Assembly (NCBI GenBank): GCA_012401045.1
Contig: GCA_012401045.1_4704.2
From: a phage
Reading direction: 5' to 3' (one strand)
DNA length: 64,000 nt
The notes below the pieces were generated by a model. It did no database searches, was not told the DNA's origin, and saw only the letters and a list, made by a program, of their open reading frames with translations. The translations under genes and the position numbers were made by a program. Positions 7,486-15,762 of the stretch are shown here, one piece after another; within the stretch, counting starts at the first letter, position 1; each line of letters opens with the position of its first letter.

Positions 7486-9942
7486 TTAAATAATCGTGAC
7501 GTGTTCGTTATACGTTTCAGGGAGAATGATGTTCGTTTTATCAAGAACCATACACTCGGCTTTACGGAATGATGCATGGTTGATCACATAGTGACTGATG
7601 AACCACACCTGGCTTACGCGGTGACCATCAACCAGACGACGAACAAAATCCATGGCATTAGATTGGTGCTGTGGATCAAATGTTGATGCGAATTCATCTA
7701 ACATCAACGGATAATCCGTGAACCCTTTGTAATGCATCATCGCGATGATGAACGCGATATTGATAATTTCCTTTTGTCCCTTACTCCCATAAACAATATC
7801 TTTTCGCGGTGTCGGATACTTCTCAGTTAAAAGCGGAAAACGATAGTTCAATCCTTGCGCGTCGATAGCACACGGGAGTATCTGAAGTTGGTATTCCCAA
7901 ATACTCGCAATGATGCCGTTCATGTACTCAACGAACGCGTTGATGGGACCCGCAATTGTTTCGGCAATCAGTCCGTTGGATGGACTCAACTCATCCAGAA
8001 CAAGTTGTGCGTAACTGAGCTGTTCTTCCACCTCTTTTTGTGTCGTTTCCAACTGAGCCAGAAGCTGCTGGTCGGTTTTAGCTTCCTGTAACTGCTGTTC
8101 GACATGACTTATTCGGCGAACTGTATCAGACATCGCAGCACGTAACGATTTCGTGTAGAGGTGTTGCAGATACTCTAACCACAGTTGCGTTAACGCTTTA
8201 TCGCTGTTATCAGAACGTACCTGATCTTCCATAATCGCCGTAATGGTTTCCAATCTACCTTCCGTAGCTGTGATGGCTTGTGTTAACCGCTCAACGGTTG
8301 TTAACAACTCTGTCCTGTTCTTATAAAGCAATTCTCGACGTTGCTGTAACGGTTCAACATCAACCGCTTGTACCCGTTCGAGCATACCTTGAAGATGCTT
8401 CCGTTCCTGTTCGGCTTGTGTGTAACGCGCAAGTTTCTCAAACGCAAGCAACCAATCGTTAATGATTCCAATGCTGCGGAATCCTAAACCGTTTTTACGT
8501 CCTTCTTCCAGCAGATTATCCCACATGGGTTTAATGGCGTAATAATCCTTCGTCCAACGTGTTAACTGACGATGCTGTTCCATCCAGAGCGTATAGCGCT
8601 GAACCTTCTCACTAAGCTCAGCTAACGATTTCTCTTGTTCTTCAACCCAAGCACGGCCTTTCTGAATGCGTTGTTCAATACTCGCTTTGCTGGTCTTTTC
8701 TGTCTCACCAACGTGAAAGCGATAATTGCATTTTGGACAGCTGGTCTGGGGTTGATGATTCAGGTGGTCAAGATGCGCTTCCAAATCGGCTAACGCATGT
8801 TTCGCGTTACGCAAACGCATTCTTGCCGCCTCTTCCTCCTTGATGTAAGCTTCAGCATCGTAAACATGATAGGTGTTGTCGGTATCAATCCATTCTTGGA
8901 GTAATTCTGTTAACGGAGCCTGAACTTGCGTGAGCTGTTGTAAACAAACCGCAGCGTCCAGATTCATTGTTAAAAGCTCACCTGGATGATCTTGCTGAAG
9001 TTGTTCGTCCAAACGTGCAATGCGGGCTTTAATTTGATCGATATCACCTTCGCCAGACTGTTTCAACTGGTCAAGGATATTATCGATACCCAACAGCTCG
9101 TCAACCTGACTTTCGAGTTTCGCATTCGCATTCGCGAGTTGTTCTCTTAGTTCAGCCAGATTCTGCTGTTCTTGTTGCGATGTTCCTCCTTGGTAACGAA
9201 CAACCGCACGAAGAAGCTCGCGATTAAAATGATGGGCACGTTGTGCGGATTCCAGAAGCTGTCGTTGATCAACATCGCTATCGAATAACGGCAATCCCAT
9301 CATCGCTTCGAGCGCTGAGCGTTGCTGCTTTAACTCCGCTTCCAATCCCTGATGGTCGGTGCCGGTGTATTTCGCTTCAATGCGTTGTGATGTTTCAACC
9401 AACTTATTCAGTGTATGCTCATTCACCGCTTTCAGTGAACGTACTTGTTGCTTAACCACCTGAAACAACTCGAGTGCGTAATCGACGTTAACCGGACATA
9501 TCTGCGTTAATCGTTCGCGACGTTTCATCGGTCCCATTTCGGTGAACTGATAAGCCGTTTCGTAACCTAACAACAAACGAATGGTGTCATCATTAAGTTC
9601 AAAATGTTCTTCGATCAGTTTCCACTGGGCCGGTTGTGTGCCACCACCATTCAGGTTATCGCTATCGTTAACGTAGAACTCATGCTTAAACCCTTTTTCT
9701 AAACGACTGATAAGACGGTATTGCTTATTACGATGTTCGCAGCGGTACTCGTAATACCCGTCTTTATCAAAATCGGCACGCTCAGGAACGGTCGGATACA
9801 GCAAAGGCAATAGACTACTCTTACCGGAACCATTACTACCTAAAATGAGTTGTACGGGATTATCTGGCCGGATGACCAGCTCCCGAATCATCCCGGTATC
9901 AAAACGATTGAATCCACGTAAGTGGAGATAGGTGCATCGCAT
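7486..9942 (-). CDS. Rad50/SbcC-like recombination ATPase
   Basis: Walker A GSNGSGKSS, long coiled-coil middle with CPKC zinc-hook motif, C-terminal SKGQK signature-like and LMLDEFAS Walker B; start taken at ATG 9942 (MRCTYLHLRGF), track start 10005. Confidence 0.7.
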   Translation of the reverse strand: MRCTYLHLRGFNRFDTGMIRELVIRPDNPVQLILGSNGSGKSSLLPLLYPTVPERADFDKDGYYEYRCEHRNKQYRLISRLEKGFKHEFYVNDSDNLNGGGTQPAQWKLIEEHFELNDDTIRLLLGYETAYQFTEMGPMKRRERLTQICPVNVDYALELFQVVKQQVRSLKAVNEHTLNKLVETSQRIEAKYTGTDHQGLEAELKQQRSALEAMMGLPLFDSDVDQRQLLESAQRAHHFNRELLRAVVRYQGGTSQQEQQNLAELREQLANANAKLESQVDELLGIDNILDQLKQSGEGDIDQIKARIARLDEQLQQDHPGELLTMNLDAAVCLQQLTQVQAPLTELLQEWIDTDNTYHVYDAEAYIKEEEAARMRLRNAKHALADLEAHLDHLNHQPQTSCPKCNYRFHVGETEKTSKASIEQRIQKGRAWVEEQEKSLAELSEKVQRYTLWMEQHRQLTRWTKDYYAIKPMWDNLLEEGRKNGLGFRSIGIINDWLLAFEKLARYTQAEQERKHLQGMLERVQAVDVEPLQQRRELLYKNRTELLTTVERLTQAITATEGRLETITAIMEDQVRSDNSDKALTQLWLEYLQHLYTKSLRAAMSDTVRRISHVEQQLQEAKTDQQLLAQLETTQKEVEEQLSYAQLVLDELSPSNGLIAETIAGPINAFVEYMNGIIASIWEYQLQILPCAIDAQGLNYRFPLLTEKYPTPRKDIVYGSKGQKEIINIAFIIAMMHYKGFTDYPLMLDEFASTFDPQHQSNAMDFVRRLVDGHRVSQVWFISHYVINHASFRKAECMVLDKTNIILPETYNEHVTII

Positions 9943-10056
9943 GCTATGATAATCCTTCTTCGATACCTTCTGAACCACGGGTTCAGAATGCGAAGCTGAA
10001 GCCATACTTCAGCGTTATTTTCTATATCGTTATTTAAATCAGTAGGAGATTACAGC

Positions 10057-11145
10057 ATGAGCGACCTGGCAACAGACAATCGCACAAAAGGGAGTCAGCT
10101 AGCTCCAGACAACAACGTAAGCGTTTTCCGTATCTATGCCTTGGGTACTGTTGCTGCCGACTTTTCCAATAAAAGTCTGGAGGAAGATCCTAACCAGACG
10201 CTGGAGGTCTTTCTTGATGAGATGATGTCAGGCGCTGATGGGAAAGTTGAAGCGGCGGGAAGCGTTAAAGAAGTCAGTGCAACAGACGCTCAAGGGAACA
10301 GTTATACGGCGAAAGCGGCAACGACTACCAGTGTACAGTGTTACTGGTTACCCTTTGGTAGTAACCGGATGACAGCACCTAACTTGAGGAAAGGTCAGCG
10401 TGTGGTGGTTTGGCGTACCGCCGATGAAGAACAACTCTACTGGCAACCCAAAGGAGGGGATAGTGAGCTGATGACCATGGAATCGGTTATCCTCACCGTC
10501 AGCGCACGTCCTAGCGCCAAGAAGGACCGTAAATCGATTTCAACGGAAGACTGCTATTACCTAATGGTTGATACCTTCCTCAAGAAAGCGGTTATCGGCA
10601 CCAGCGCACAGCTTGGTGAAGTTACCCAAGTCTACATGGAACTTAATCTGGACGAGGGTTACCTACAGGTTGCGGACAGCGTTCATCAAAATCTGTTGTT
10701 ACTCCATTTTGTCGAGCATATGCTGCGTTATCAAAACCAGGACGACAGCATCATCGACGTGACAAAAAAGAACATCACGTTCCAGTGCGAGGATACGCTC
10801 AAAGCCATTGCTAAGAACGATATCCGAATGAAAGCAAAAAACATTTATACCGAATGTGAGAACTTCGAGCGTACCAGCAAAACAGAAAGCGTTACGAGTC
10901 AGAATGTTTCTTTGAAGTGTGATCGTTACACCGCGCAAGTATCAGGACAGACCACGTTTAAATGTCCGAATACGGTATTCACTGGAGCTGTAAGCTTCAC
11001 AGGTGAAGACGGAAACACGATGACGTTGAATGGGAACTTCGTACACATCGCAGGCTCTTGGCGTTCACCAACCGGAACAAACGTATACACCCACGATCAC
11101 GGTGGTGTAGATCGTGGTAGCGGTCGTACAGACCCGTTCCAATAA
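10057..11145 (+). CDS. hypothetical protein (362 aa), possibly virion or baseplate associated
   Basis: ATG with AGGAG SD; C-terminal Gly-rich region with HDH motif (THDHGGVDRGSG) loosely reminiscent of spike-tip metal sites; assignment speculative. Confidence 0.45.
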   Translation: MSDLATDNRTKGSQLAPDNNVSVFRIYALGTVAADFSNKSLEEDPNQTLEVFLDEMMSGADGKVEAAGSVKEVSATDAQGNSYTAKAATTTSVQCYWLPFGSNRMTAPNLRKGQRVVVWRTADEEQLYWQPKGGDSELMTMESVILTVSARPSAKKDRKSISTEDCYYLMVDTFLKKAVIGTSAQLGEVTQVYMELNLDEGYLQVADSVHQNLLLLHFVEHMLRYQNQDDSIIDVTKKNITFQCEDTLKAIAKNDIRMKAKNIYTECENFERTSKTESVTSQNVSLKCDRYTAQVSGQTTFKCPNTVFTGAVSFTGEDGNTMTLNGNFVHIAGSWRSPTGTNVYTHDHGGVDRGSGRTDPFQ

Positions 11146-11164
11146 AAAAGAAATGCTATACAAC

Positions 11165-11199
11165 CTCCTTCCCCGGCCTTGACGGCTAGGGAAGGAGGA
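11165..11199 (+). terminator. GC-rich hairpin terminator (variant of the conserved hairpin family)
   Basis: CCTCCTTCC...GGAAGGAGG stem followed by ATTATAGTTTATTTATT. Confidence 0.5.
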
Positions 11200-11213
11200 T
11201 TATAGTTTATTTA

Positions 11214-11603
11214 TTAACGCGTTGCATTCTGGATGATTTCTTTTCCGATCTTAACCAAAGCGGGTATCTGTACAGCGGTTGCGCCTCGATGACGAAACGC
11301 GGTCGTTAACGCGGTATCGATACTCACCGCACGTCCGTGAAGACGATCGAAATAGACTTGAGTGATTGCGGTAGCGTAATCCTTTCGCTGTTTCTTGGTT
11401 TGGCTCAACAGCGCCGCACTATGACTAACGATGAAGTAAGCGATTAAGAAGAACGCCGCTGACCGCGAACCAGGTAGAAAACCTTGTCGCTTAGGAAGCA
11501 TCTCACAATCGCGAACAGTATTATCGTTCGCGAGCTCTTCCATGTCAACACAGCATAATTTTGCATAGGTGTGGAGATAGTGGGTAAAAGTTGAATTTAA
11601 CAT
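11214..11603 (-). CDS. hypothetical small protein (129 aa), central hydrophobic segment
   Basis: ORF in array of small co-directional genes. Confidence 0.4.
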   Translation of the reverse strand: MLNSTFTHYLHTYAKLCCVDMEELANDNTVRDCEMLPKRQGFLPGSRSAAFFLIAYFIVSHSAALLSQTKKQRKDYATAITQVYFDRLHGRAVSIDTALTTAFRHRGATAVQIPALVKIGKEIIQNATR

Positions 11604-11708
11604 TTTCTTTCCTCGATTGCCATGAGTTCAATGTATAGCTTAAACGTCACAGAACGACGTATAACGGTTTGTTTTAATTTCTAAGGGGTTTCCTTATCTA
11701 AGATTGAA

Positions 11709-12071
11709 TTAAAGCGTTCTGAAGAGTTCTGTAGCGTTCTCGTCACGTAGACAGGCTTCGTTCAACAATTCAGCTAACAGCTTCGACCGAACTTCAACAA
11801 ATGTCCTGAGGCGATGCTCCCATTCTAAACGGATAGTGTACGTATTATCCAGGTTTTTGTAATCAACGACAGATGTGGAACAACGGGCTTCGCGTTTGTT
11901 CACAGCACTCCAAACATCACGGATAACCGTCACGCCTTTCTTGGTACACGTAAACGTTAAAATAAAGCGATTATTCGCTGCTTCTTCACGGACATGACTA
12001 AATTCACTTCGTAACGATGAGACTTTGATAAGTCGGTCAATAGCTAACGATAAACCGATACGTTGTTGCAT
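11709..12071 (-). CDS. hypothetical small protein (120 aa)
   Basis: ORF in array of small co-directional genes. Confidence 0.4.
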   Translation of the reverse strand: MQQRIGLSLAIDRLIKVSSLRSEFSHVREEAANNRFILTFTCTKKGVTVIRDVWSAVNKREARCSTSVVDYKNLDNTYTIRLEWEHRLRTFVEVRSKLLAELLNEACLRDENATELFRTL

Positions 12072-12072
12072 A

Positions 12073-12498
12073 TCAAATCCCCTCTTTCAGAATCTCATTA
12101 AGACCGTCAGTAATCCAGTCGAACTTCGTCTTAATCATGGCTGGGTTCAATCCATATACTTCCCACACAAGCTGGGGTTTATGTGTTCCATCGTCCAAAC
12201 AAAGCACATCGATTGAGAGTACCATACCACCCGTCAATTTCATGTTCTCGCAACTACGAAGATATGCGGATTCTAGCAATACTTTCCCTAACGCAGTGCA
12301 AGCAAATGTTAACCGGGAAGAGTACAGGTACGATGACGTTTTACAGTAGGTTGCTGATATCGGTTGAATATGTTTGCGGAGTTTGGCGTCTTCACGTAAA
12401 AGCAATAACGTGTGATGTAACCGCGTATGCTCGGTAACCGATGAGCTATACTCACCGATGCACTCTTCGGCGACTGATTTAGGCCATTTAATTTGCAT
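12073..12498 (-). CDS. hypothetical small protein (141 aa)
   Basis: ORF in array of small co-directional genes; 1-nt gap to next gene. Confidence 0.4.
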   Translation of the reverse strand: MQIKWPKSVAEECIGEYSSSVTEHTRLHHTLLLLREDAKLRKHIQPISATYCKTSSYLYSSRLTFACTALGKVLLESAYLRSCENMKLTGGMVLSIDVLCLDDGTHKPQLVWEVYGLNPAMIKTKFDWITDGLNEILKEGI

Positions 12499-12513
12499 GT
12501 TCGATTCCCCTTG

Positions 12514-12957
12514 TTAGCAGTACGTGTCGTTCAACACGCGACTCACGTCTAAATGTTCTAGTTGATGTATAATGCCATCAGCAATGCGTTGTAGATAGGC
12601 TGTCTTATCCAATACCGAATCCGATGAAATCGCCCAGTAGGCTTCTGATACCCGATATTCGCTACCTTCACCGAGACTGACCTGATTAACCAGCTTCACA
12701 TCAGCGTATCTCGTCCCACGTTCAGCGTACCAGTAGATGTTTTCCAGTACGTCCTTTCCCGTTTGTGAAAACACAAACCAAAGCTTCACGTCTAAGCCGG
12801 ATACTTCGACAACAACGCAGCGAAGATGATTCTCCAAAGGCGCAAAAGAGGCTAAACGTTCCAGCGCGTTTTGCAGCGTGGGGTGATTAAGCTTTTCTAG
12901 ATCTTTAGCGGGTTGTTTAGATGATAGCGCGATCGATTTACAGAATTTGGTTTCCAC
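12514..12957 (-). CDS. hypothetical small protein (147 aa)
   Basis: GTG start with AGAGGAA SD; 20-bp palindrome 30 nt upstream. Confidence 0.4.
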   Translation of the reverse strand: METKFCKSIALSSKQPAKDLEKLNHPTLQNALERLASFAPLENHLRCVVVEVSGLDVKLWFVFSQTGKDVLENIYWYAERGTRYADVKLVNQVSLGEGSEYRVSEAYWAISSDSVLDKTAYLQRIADGIIHQLEHLDVSRVLNDTYC

Positions 12958-12987
12958 GGTAGGTTCCTCTTGATAGATGGTAGTAAC

Positions 12988-13007
12988 GGGGATACCGCGG
13001 TATCCCC
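12988..13007. promoter_or_regulatory. perfect 20-bp palindrome GGGGATACCGCGGTATCCCC
   Basis: Located between two small minus-strand genes, about 30 nt upstream of the 12957 start; shares GGATACC half-site with palindrome at 26312. Confidence 0.3.
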
Positions 13008-13065
13008 TAAGTCTTTATAACACATTCCAAGCCATATTGGATACAGGCTCGTTACGTTCGATGAA

Positions 13066-13467
13066 TCACATCAGTTGTTCTTTAAGTTGGGTTAACTTAT
13101 TCGCAACGATGGTCTCAACATCGATGATCTTGTTCATGTTGTCGAGGGTATCCTGCCAGATGAAAATATCCACAGAACGGGTTCCGGTTAACCCGTTCTC
13201 AGGACGATGGTCGCGGGTCACGTAGCGTGGTCTCTGCGGGCTGGTTTGTAACTCGATCCAAAGCGCATCTAACGGACCGTGGTCCGTGACACCTAAGGCG
13301 AAGAATTCACCTCGTACGACCAGAACATCATCAGCCGTCCTGACACGGGTTGATCCTTCGTACACCAATTCCATCTTTGCTCGGCAGGCCGGGTTCCCGT
13401 TCCACGCCTGGACGGCATCGGCAAGGGCTATTGACGTTGCGGTGGTGTTCGTTTGATCATGTTGCAT
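13066..13467 (-). CDS. hypothetical small protein (133 aa)
   Basis: ORF in array of small co-directional genes. Confidence 0.4.
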   Translation of the reverse strand: MQHDQTNTTATSIALADAVQAWNGNPACRAKMELVYEGSTRVRTADDVLVVRGEFFALGVTDHGPLDALWIELQTSPQRPRYVTRDHRPENGLTGTRSVDIFIWQDTLDNMNKIIDVETIVANKLTQLKEQLM

Positions 13468-13543
13468 TCTAAGCTCCTGTAACGCTCTCTAAGCGTCGTT
13501 TTAAGTTAAGGTATGTTTCCCTTCCTTGGGTTAGGTTATTGCG

Positions 13544-13819
13544 TTACACGGCTTTACAGCTTGCGTAAACCACAACTGTTCCGTTGTTGATTGCCTCAAC
13601 AACATCCTGGGTCAGTTTGGTCGCGAGTTTATTATCCGCATTCGGTACGTAATAACCTTCTCCTGTTTCAGTGACTAGGCGGTAACGTACTAATCCCACT
13701 GTACGCTCGACGCGTATCACCTTTTCAAGTTTGTATTTGATGATCTTCGTCAGGCCGACTGTGTCTGACGCGTAGATTGCTTTATAAACCTTGTTCTTTG
13801 CTGTCGGTTTCATCAACAT
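13544..13819 (-). CDS. hypothetical small protein (91 aa)
   Basis: ORF in array of small co-directional genes. Confidence 0.35.
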   Translation of the reverse strand: MLMKPTAKNKVYKAIYASDTVGLTKIIKYKLEKVIRVERTVGLVRYRLVTETGEGYYVPNADNKLATKLTQDVVEAINNGTVVVYASCKAV

Positions 13820-13859
13820 GATTTCTGTTGTACTTTCCTTTTCGCTTGTTGGTGTTGGA

Positions 13860-14159
13860 TTAAGGTTTAGGTTCCGTTTTGTGTTGTGCGAGTAGTGTGT
13901 TGATCTGCTCCCGTTGTTCTTTTAAGTATGCGGGAAGCTGGTCTTCCCGTACCGTTCCGATTTCCAACGTGATGTACCAGCGTTGTTCGGAAGCCTGCCA
14001 TTGAAAACCGCTCTGTAACCGTAGGATGCTAGGATCACGTACCTTGCTTGCGCTGTAACGGTTGAACCAATCCAGGTATTCTGCTTTCCCTTCCTCGTCG
14101 GCAACGTAACGCTGCACGCTGTTCTTGCCTTTGTTCTCGTATCCCGTTGCACGTATCAT
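13860..14159 (-). CDS. hypothetical small protein (about 99 aa)
   Basis: Start taken at internal ATG 14159, which forms an ATGA overlap with the stop of the upstream gene (track start 14213). Confidence 0.4.
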   Translation of the reverse strand: MIRATGYENKGKNSVQRYVADEEGKAEYLDWFNRYSASKVRDPSILRLQSGFQWQASEQRWYITLEIGTVREDQLPAYLKEQREQINTLLAQHKTEPKP

Positions 14160-14938
14160 GCGAACGTTTCTCCTGTAACGTGTTGTGGACGTTGTAGCAT
14201 GGTAGCATCCCATTGTACGATCCGGCTCCGGCTTACCAGCATCATGACGGATTCATCGTCAAGCCCTGGTTGCGCAACCGGCAACCAACGTTCGTTAAGC
14301 ACCTTCGCTTCAACGCGTTTCTTGCGGGGATTGTAACGCACCTCGCTAACCCAAGCGAACCCAAGTGGATGCACAACCCGCGGATAATACGTGCGAAGCA
14401 ATTGATGCATCCGATCTGTCACCTCCAAGCTCGCCTCCGCCATGTAAGGTTTCACCGTGGTAAGCTTTTTGGTGTAATACGTTCCAACGGTATGGTTACG
14501 CCAACTTGGCAAGGCATGATCCCCTTCTCTCAGTTTGCTATCCGAGTTCATCGGCCAGACCTGCTGTTTACCGGCCAGCATCGCGTACTGCCGATCAACG
14601 CAACGAACCTGATCGGCGAACAATGGATCCAGAACATCATCCACCGCACCCTTATTGCGATAACCGTGATGTACCACCAACCTGCTTGCGCTCATCGATG
14701 CGGGATGCTGGCTCTTATGCGCATACAGCCCTCCGTCACCGCGAGGGTCGTAAAGATAGCCGCATGCGCCACGCCATATCACCTTGCCTACGGTTCTCTC
14801 GTTTTCAAGCAGCATCGTCGGCCCATCAAGCAAATTGGTGAACCACTGCACCTTCACGCATTCCGCTTGGACATGCTCAGGTAATGCCTGATACTCTTTT
14901 TGGGTGTATAAGGTATCAAAAATGATTTCATCGTTCAT
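14156..14938 (-). CDS. hypothetical protein (260 aa)
   Basis: ATG with AGAGGA SD; first gene downstream of promoter-like motif copy 2. Confidence 0.5.
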   Translation of the reverse strand: MNDEIIFDTLYTQKEYQALPEHVQAECVKVQWFTNLLDGPTMLLENERTVGKVIWRGACGYLYDPRGDGGLYAHKSQHPASMSASRLVVHHGYRNKGAVDDVLDPLFADQVRCVDRQYAMLAGKQQVWPMNSDSKLREGDHALPSWRNHTVGTYYTKKLTTVKPYMAEASLEVTDRMHQLLRTYYPRVVHPLGFAWVSEVRYNPRKKRVEAKVLNERWLPVAQPGLDDESVMMLVSRSRIVQWDATMLQRPQHVTGETFA

Positions 14939-15020
14939 TTAAAAGATCCTCTGTTTTTCACGTTAATTAAACAACGTATTGATTTCTATTTGACAGAACA
15001 CGAACATTGTACGTATCTAT

Positions 15021-15044
15021 CACTTAGGTAATATAGCCGTGAAA
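15021..15044 (-). promoter_or_regulatory. conserved 24-bp promoter-like motif, copy 2
   Basis: Identical to copy at 2489-2512; about 80 nt upstream of the 14938 start. Confidence 0.45.
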
Positions 15045-15151
15045 GGATTTGTGTTACTGTAAGGGTTTTGTTTTTAAGAAGGGATGGATTTAGAAGAGGT
15101 GTTTCAAGGAAGGTAAACGAGGATAGGTATTTTGATTTAAGTAAGTAAGAT

Positions 15152-15249
15152 GTTATCTGTATTGTCTAAGTTATCTTGTTTATCTTAGGTTTAAGTTGTT
15201 TTTATTTATCTTGTTTGTATGTTTAAATTAGATCAATAAGCTTATCTTC
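15152..15249. repeat. iteron-like short direct repeats (five TTATCT-containing units) in AT-rich non-coding region
   Basis: GTTATCTGT, GTTATCTTGTT, TATCTTAGG, TTATCTTGTTTG, CTTATCTTC within about 100 bp. Confidence 0.35.
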
Positions 15250-15263
15250 AAAACAATGGATAA

Positions 15264-15311
15264 CATGTGTTTACTACGCTCGTTGAGTTATAACTCAACG
15301 GTAACACATGT
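15264..15311. repeat. nested inverted repeat (ACATGTGTT ... GTTGAGTTATAACTCAAC ... AACACATGT)
   Basis: 18-bp perfect palindrome flanked by 9-bp inverted arms, inside the gene-free region. Confidence 0.35.
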
Positions 15312-15719
15312 CATCTGTGCATTACACTCCGTTACATGCTAGTTAACAACGTTTTGTGAAGACAAAACGTTCAACTCAAAAAACATTTGTGATACTCTTC
15401 TTCACGTTGTTCATCAGAGTATCTCGTCTATACTCATTGCATTCGTATACGACATAACCGTTATACGCTAACGCTACGCTTATAGCTTGATAACTCTAAG
15501 GATAAAAACATAAACTCGCTTCGCTCGTTTAGTTTTTCTTTTTCTTAGAGTTATCCTGTTGCTCGTCTCTAAAGGACTTCGCTCCTCCCCCGTCCCCCGA
15601 AGGGGCCGAGGTCGTGGAAATTTTACTTTCCAAATACATTTACAACATCTGTAAACTTTTACTCCAGGTACTTAATCTTATCATTAGAAATTATAAAAGA
15701 GAATAAACACAAACATAAA

Positions 15720-15752
15720 CCTTCCTCCTTCCCTTACGGGTTGGAGGAAGGG
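15720..15752 (-). terminator. conserved GC-rich hairpin family copy downstream of the 15763-16656 gene
   Basis: Minus-strand reading CCTTCCTCC-AACCC-GTAA-GGGAA-GGAGGAAGG followed by TTTATGTTTG. Confidence 0.5.
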
Positions 15753-15762
15753 AGAGATTAAA

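Noticed and set aside
14213-14884. 223-aa plus-strand ORF
   Set aside because: Lies entirely inside minus-strand gene 14156-14938, which has a proper ATG, SD and upstream promoter-like motif; treated as an antisense artefact.
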